Source of the DNA: Trueperaceae bacterium
GTDB lineage: Bacteria; Deinococcota; Deinococci; Deinococcales; Trueperaceae
Length of the DNA: 64,000 nt
Direction: 5' to 3'
Assembly: GCA_965213925.1 (NCBI GenBank)
Contig: OZ243927.1
Span: forward strand, 352,001-416,000
Shown: one piece after another, positions 59,397-64,000 of the stretch
How positions within the stretch are numbered: position 1 is the first letter of the stretch
Layout of the letters: every line of letters begins with the position of its first letter
Program-made: the position numbers and the translations under genes
Notes under the pieces: model-generated
The model's input: only the letters and a program-made list of their open reading frames with translations
What the model was told of the DNA's origin: nothing
The model's database searches: none

Positions 59397-60617
59397 ATGC
59401 CAGACATGTACGTGTTTCGCGACCTCGCCCAGACCTCTTGGTTCATTGCCTTGCAACGCCTCCAGAGCGCCCTCGAGACGAAAGACACTGAAGCGGTTAA
59501 GGGCGCTTACGCCTCGCTCTACGCGGCGCTGACGGACGCCAACGCACCCGATTTGACGAGCGCGGCGGTTCAAGATTTGCTCTATTTGGACTCGAGCCTC
59601 GCCCGCACGGTGATGTCTTTAGGCGTAGCGTCTTCAGAAGTTATTGAGGAGATTTCCGTTGGATTGCTGCATGGTAGTTATCACGACCTTCGCACCCTTC
59701 TCGCCTTGCTAAAACGCGACTGGTACCAAGAGGTCTGTGAGCGAGTAGGGGAGAGTCTGCCGCCCCTGGTCGAGCTTGCGCCCGACGAGAAGCCTCGAGC
59801 GCTGCCCGACCTGAGCCGACGAGACGCCGAAGAGGTCCTGGCTGAACTCACCGCGCACTATCAGCAGCACGGCTCGGGGCTGCTCGCCCGCTACCACGCT
59901 TTTCGCTGGACGGGAGGGCGCTTAGAGGGTGTCGCGCATCCCGCTCGCCCTGCGCTGTCGCGGCTCGTCGGTTTAGAGAGACCGCTCGCCCAACTAGTCC
60001 AAAACACCGAAGCTTTTTTAGCGCGTAAGCCCGCCCAGCACACGCTCCTCTACGGACCGCGCGGCAGCGGCAAGTCCAGCGCTGTGAAGAGCCTGCTGCC
60101 GCGCTACGCCGAACGCGGCTTGCGCCTCGTCGAGCTGCCCGCCGCGCACGTCGACCTGCTCAGCGTCACCGAGCGCTTACGCGGACGCCCGCACCGCTAC
60201 CTCCTCTTCGTGGATGACCTCAGCTTCGGCGAGGGTGACACGGGCTACGCACCTCTTAAAACGCTCCTGGAGGGCTCGCTGACGGAGCGCCCCGACAACG
60301 TCCTCGTCTACGCGACGAGCAACCGCCGCCACCTCGTCACGGAGCGTTTCTCGGACCGACCCGACCTCTTGAACGACGACGTTCACGCCTGGGACACGCA
60401 GCACGAGCGCCTCGCCTTGGCGGACCGCTTCGGCTTGACGCTGACTTTTCCCAACGCCACGCAGTCGCGCTATTTAGAAATCATGCGAGGTCTCGCGGCG
60501 CGAGAGGGTTTGGTTACAGACGACTTAGACGCCAGGGCGATCCGCTTTGCCGAGTGGGGCAACGGCTATTCGGGGCGCACGGCGCAGCAGTTTGTAGATC
60601 AACAGCTCGCGGAGTGA
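59397..60617 (+). CDS. AAA+ ATPase, DUF815 family
   Basis: GPRGSGKSS, FVDDLSF, YATSNRRHL, L.DRFGL, SGRTA.QF. Confidence 0.92.
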   Translation: MPDMYVFRDLAQTSWFIALQRLQSALETKDTEAVKGAYASLYAALTDANAPDLTSAAVQDLLYLDSSLARTVMSLGVASSEVIEEISVGLLHGSYHDLRTLLALLKRDWYQEVCERVGESLPPLVELAPDEKPRALPDLSRRDAEEVLAELTAHYQQHGSGLLARYHAFRWTGGRLEGVAHPARPALSRLVGLERPLAQLVQNTEAFLARKPAQHTLLYGPRGSGKSSAVKSLLPRYAERGLRLVELPAAHVDLLSVTERLRGRPHRYLLFVDDLSFGEGDTGYAPLKTLLEGSLTERPDNVLVYATSNRRHLVTERFSDRPDLLNDDVHAWDTQHERLALADRFGLTLTFPNATQSRYLEIMRGLAAREGLVTDDLDARAIRFAEWGNGYSGRTAQQFVDQQLAE

Positions 60618-60653
60618 GTACAGCGTTAATTTAATTAAGTTTCGCAACGCTGT

Positions 60654-60820
60654 TGTCACCCCGAGCGGAGCCCTTGACAGGATAGACTCCGCCCTACGGT
60701 GAACGTAGGATAGACTCCGTCGAGGGGTCTCGCCTCGCACTCTCTCGCTAAGGAGAAGGCAAATGCAGAGATTCTTTCGCGGAGTCTATCCTATAGCTTG
60801 CTGTAGGGCTCAGAATGACA
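60654..60820. repeat. TGTCA...TGACA palindromic intergenic repeat
   Basis: TGTCACCCCGAGC...GCTCAGAATGACA outer stem; internal AGGATAGACTCCG x2 and inverted CGGAGTCTATCCT. Confidence 0.75.
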
Positions 60821-61048
60821 TGGTTCATTATTTGGTTGACAGAGTAGTGAGTGGGCATTTCGCTTAAAAAGCGTTCACTAAACCTCAATGAAGGTCACAT
60901 AGGTCCCTTGAGGTACGTTCAAAAAGTCAAGAGGTAGTTAGGCTGGACCCACACTGCTCATACGGCGCTCTAATAGACTCGAGTCCACGACCACGCCGGG
61001 TAGTCATACGTACGGGTGGTTGCACGTAATACACATAAAGGTGACAAG

Positions 61049-62083
61049 ATGGCTAGAATACCCCTCGCACTCCTCCTCTTACTCTTAGCCGCGTGCAGCT
61101 TCGCACCGCTCCGCTATACGGTCAACTTGCTCGACCAGCTACCCAACCAGACCTCGGGCAGCTTCACGCTGGACACTTCGGCTTCGGCGCTCGACCTCTT
61201 GCCGCTTTTAGCGAGCCGAACGGGGCGTTTTAGCCAGAGCTTGCCCGCGGGGAGCGTGGACGTTCCGCTCAACGTTACGCTGCCGAGTGCGGCGGGGCAG
61301 CCTATCGATTTGAGTAATGAGCCGCTGCCGGTGACGCTCAAGGGCGCAACCGTACGCTACACCCTAGACCTAACCAGCGAAAACCTGTCGGGCACCTTGG
61401 AGGTGCAGCCTTATTTAGCTCCGGCTGGAAGCGACGCGGTGAACCGTTCTGCGTACGCGCTCGGCGACGCGCAGCGCGTGACCTTGGGGGAGACGACCAC
61501 GCTGCAAGCGGACGTGACCTTAAACGAGGCGCAACTCGCGGGCATCAACGACAGGAGCCTGCGCTTGGCGCTCGGCGTGTCGGGTGAGGCGGGCGTGGCG
61601 TCGGCGGGCGAGGTCGTGTTGGGTTACGAGTTTTCGGAGTTGTCCGTGGACGTAGGTGCGGTGGGCGCGGCGACCAACGCGCGACTGCCGGACGCGGACG
61701 GTCAGTTTCTCGACTTCACCGGGGTGGACGTGCCGGGTCCGGGTCGGCTCATCGGCGCGAAGCTCAACTACGATTTGACGCTCAGCCATGACGCCGACTC
61801 GAGCGGCACCCTGAGCGCCCAGGTCTACGTCGCCCCGCCAGGCGACGACCTCTTGTGGCAGGCAAAGTACCTCTTCGACGAGCGCAGCGTCATGACCTCT
61901 CAGCAGCAGATTAACGTAGCGGGGCAGGCGAGCCTAGGCGACGCGCAACGCCCCATTTTGAGCGAGCAACAGCTCCGCATCGGTGTTCGCATCTTCGGTG
62001 ACGCCACTGCGGAGGTCGGCGAAGCGATTACGGTGACGTACGAAATGGACCGGCTCGACTTGAGGGTGAGCTACGCGCTTTAA
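61049..62083 (+). CDS. Hypothetical lipoprotein with two internal repeated beta domains
   Basis: Lipobox LAAC; LP...GQ..D.....P....GA...Y.L.L...SGTL..Q.Y.AP.G.D occurs twice. Confidence 0.82.
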   Translation: MARIPLALLLLLLAACSFAPLRYTVNLLDQLPNQTSGSFTLDTSASALDLLPLLASRTGRFSQSLPAGSVDVPLNVTLPSAAGQPIDLSNEPLPVTLKGATVRYTLDLTSENLSGTLEVQPYLAPAGSDAVNRSAYALGDAQRVTLGETTTLQADVTLNEAQLAGINDRSLRLALGVSGEAGVASAGEVVLGYEFSELSVDVGAVGAATNARLPDADGQFLDFTGVDVPGPGRLIGAKLNYDLTLSHDADSSGTLSAQVYVAPPGDDLLWQAKYLFDERSVMTSQQQINVAGQASLGDAQRPILSEQQLRIGVRIFGDATAEVGEAITVTYEMDRLDLRVSYAL

Positions 62084-62826
62084 CTCTCTTTCGCCGCGTT
62101 CAGCCAGCCCTCCAGCCACGTCTCGGCGTGCGGCATCCCGCTCTCCCGCGCAGCCTGAAGCAGCGGCGTCACGTCGTAGGGGACGCGCCGGAAAGTGAGG
62201 CTCGGCTGACCCTGAACGGCGTCAAGGAGCGCGTACTCCGCCCAATGCGGGTTCACCGCGCCCTCGGCTCCCCTGAAGTAAGCGAAGGGCAAACCGACGC
62301 TGCCGGGGTTGACGAGAAAGCCCTCCTTGTAGCGGCGCAAGAGCTGCGTGTGCGTGTGACCGCCCGCCATGACTTGCGCGTGTTCGCCCGCAAAGAGGTC
62401 GTCTAACGTTTCCTCCGGCGTCGTCGCAATGATGACGTCGTCGAAGGACTTGGGCGAGCCGTGAAAGCAGAGGAGAGAGGTTCCGTCCACGTCCACATTC
62501 AGCGTCGGCTCGAACGTGCGCACGAACGCGGCGTCCTCCTCCGTCATCTGCTCGGCGCACCAGCTTTCGATGTCGAAAATGAGCTGGGCGTCGTCGCCTG
62601 TGACCTCTTCGCGTTGACGTGGCTCGAGCAGTGACGCATCGGTGTTGCCCATGACGACCGGGCACCCCAACGCCTTCACGCCCGCTAGCGCCTCGCGCAG
62701 CTGCGGACCGAAGTTCGCCACGTCTCCCAAGCAGACGATTCTCTCCGTACCCGTCTGCTCGATATCTCTAAGAACTGCCTCCAAACCGGGCAAATTCCCG
62801 TGAATGTCGGCGATGAGCGCGATCAT
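62080..62826 (-). CDS. Metallophosphoesterase (YfcE-like)
   Basis: ADIHGN, LGD, GNTD, HGSP, GHTH, NPGSVG. Confidence 0.92.
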   Translation of the reverse strand: MIALIADIHGNLPGLEAVLRDIEQTGTERIVCLGDVANFGPQLREALAGVKALGCPVVMGNTDASLLEPRQREEVTGDDAQLIFDIESWCAEQMTEEDAAFVRTFEPTLNVDVDGTSLLCFHGSPKSFDDVIIATTPEETLDDLFAGEHAQVMAGGHTHTQLLRRYKEGFLVNPGSVGLPFAYFRGAEGAVNPHWAEYALLDAVQGQPSLTFRRVPYDVTPLLQAARESGMPHAETWLEGWLNAAKES

Positions 62827-64000
62827 TCGTCACCTCCCACGCTGCCAAGTTCATCTTCAGGCTGATTCGAACGCAACTGCGCCACCCACGCGGCGAGCGC
62901 GTACGCCTCACCTCTTGTTAGCGTGTCTTGGTCTGAAAACCTCTCCGCTGAGAACCCGTAGCGGCTCCAACTCGGCTCGGCGCAGAGCCCGACCTCACAC
63001 GCGGCACGGGCGGTCATCTCGAGCGCCAGTCCAGGCGTCAGCGCACCCGAGGCGTCGCCGAACGTCGCGATGAGCGTCTGCCCTAACGCCCGATTCCCCA
63101 AAAAACGCTGCCCCACGTTCGAGAGCAGGTAGAGGTAGCCCCGCGCCGACATCTCCGCGCTCAAGTTGGGCTCGTTCTCGTAACCGCCTAGCGCGAGCCC
63201 GCGACCTCTCAAGAGGCGGTAAGCGCCGAAAAACTCGTGTGAGGTCGGACCGGAAGGGGCGCGCGCTTTGACCTCAGCTAAGTATGCGCCGCGCGCCTCT
63301 AAGCGTTCGCGGAGCGCTTGAACCGCGCCCTCGTCGTCGGCGAATGCAGCGGGCGAAACACCCCGCTCAGCCGCCCGCGCCGCCGCTACGCCTACCGCCT
63401 CGCCGAGCGCCATGCCGAAGGGGACGACCCGCGCCGAGGACGCCGCCAAGGGGTCGTAGCCCGCTGCCTTGCCGACGACCCACAGGTTGTCAGGACCGAG
63501 GGGCACCGCCACGCAGAGCCGCGCTCCGTAGACTTCGGGCGTGCCGTAGACGTAACCGCTGTCAAAGGGCGTCAGCGTCTGCACGTCTAACGGGTAGCCG
63601 CCCGCCACCACGTCCTCGTCGGTGACGACGTTGCCGAGCACGTCGTCCACGGAGAGCGTGCAGCGCGTTTCAACGTGCCGCGTCTCGCGGATGTAGAGCC
63701 TCTCCGCCACGCCGCCGAAGCGCGCGTTTTCGAACCCCGGCAGCTCCGCTTTGAGGTAGTCGATGATGCGCGGAGCCTCGAGCCGCGCCCGCTCGTAGCC
63801 GTCCGCTACGCTCGCGGGGTCGAAGGGGTCTACATCGTAAATGAGGAGCGCGTTGACCAAAACGGAGCCGTCCGCCTGCTTGCCCAAGTTGAGCCCGCGC
63901 AGCCTGAGTCCCGCTCCCTGCGGCGCGTAAGCGGCCGGGTACCCGCCGAAGTGACCCCAGGCGACGCTGTCGTCCACCACGGCGTAGGCTTTGCCCCTCG
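62823..64000 (-). CDS. FAD-dependent oxidoreductase (FAD_oxidored family), 3' part; 5' end outside window
   Basis: LYIRETRH, GYPLD.Q, Y......P....NL.V.G....Y...A.SSARV.P..M..GEA.G.A. Confidence 0.85.
   Translation of the reverse strand, partial: RGKAYAVVDDSVAWGHFGGYPAAYAPQGAGLRLRGLNLGKQADGSVLVNALLIYDVDPFDPASVADGYERARLEAPRIIDYLKAELPGFENARFGGVAERLYIRETRHVETRCTLSVDDVLGNVVTDEDVVAGGYPLDVQTLTPFDSGYVYGTPEVYGARLCVAVPLGPDNLWVVGKAAGYDPLAASSARVVPFGMALGEAVGVAAARAAERGVSPAAFADDEGAVQALRERLEARGAYLAEVKARAPSGPTSHEFFGAYRLLRGRGLALGGYENEPNLSAEMSARGYLYLLSNVGQRFLGNRALGQTLIATFGDASGALTPGLALEMTARAACEVGLCAEPSWSRYGFSAERFSDQDTLTRGEAYALAAWVAQLRSNQPEDELGSVGGDE

Noticed and set aside
221..63625. Numerous 60-280 aa antisense or alternate-frame ORFs in the track
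   Set aside because: Shadow ORFs typical of GC-rich coding DNA; no motifs or RBS
1..64000. CRISPR array, rRNA, tRNA, integron attC array, prophage
   Set aside because: No regularly spaced repeats, RNA gene signatures, integrase or phage genes seen

Overview
A GC-rich bacterial chromosomal segment, almost certainly Deinococcota (Truepera-like): it carries nqo15, a Deinococcus/Thermus-type SMC, monofunctional proline dehydrogenase plus pruA, and Deinococcus-style intergenic repeats. Core genes (smc, pcrA/uvrD, minDE, secA, pyrF, nqo15, Crp-family regulator, LolD-like ATPase) are interspersed with accessory material. This includes a controller-type type II restriction-modification module (5.1-7.2 kb), an AT-rich orphan nuclease-like gene, and a dense toxin-antitoxin patch with decayed members (48-50 kb). 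It also includes a ~13 kb LacI-regulated catabolic island of unknown substrate (25.2-38.6 kb: cupin, hydrolase, aldolase, HisD paralogue, SDR, two double-SnoaL proteins, sarcosine-oxidase-like enzyme, sugar-type ABC importer); this is the best candidate for an undescribed system. A family of TAGCAG/CAGCAG-ended MITE-like elements has 5 copies, two of them inside genes. At sequence level CTCGAG is strongly over-represented, often at accessory-gene junctions, and GGCC is depleted. Several +1 indels in conserved genes (secA, pruA x2, AhpD-like) look like assembly errors. I saw no rRNA, tRNA or CRISPR array. All family assignments come from motif recognition by eye, not database searches.
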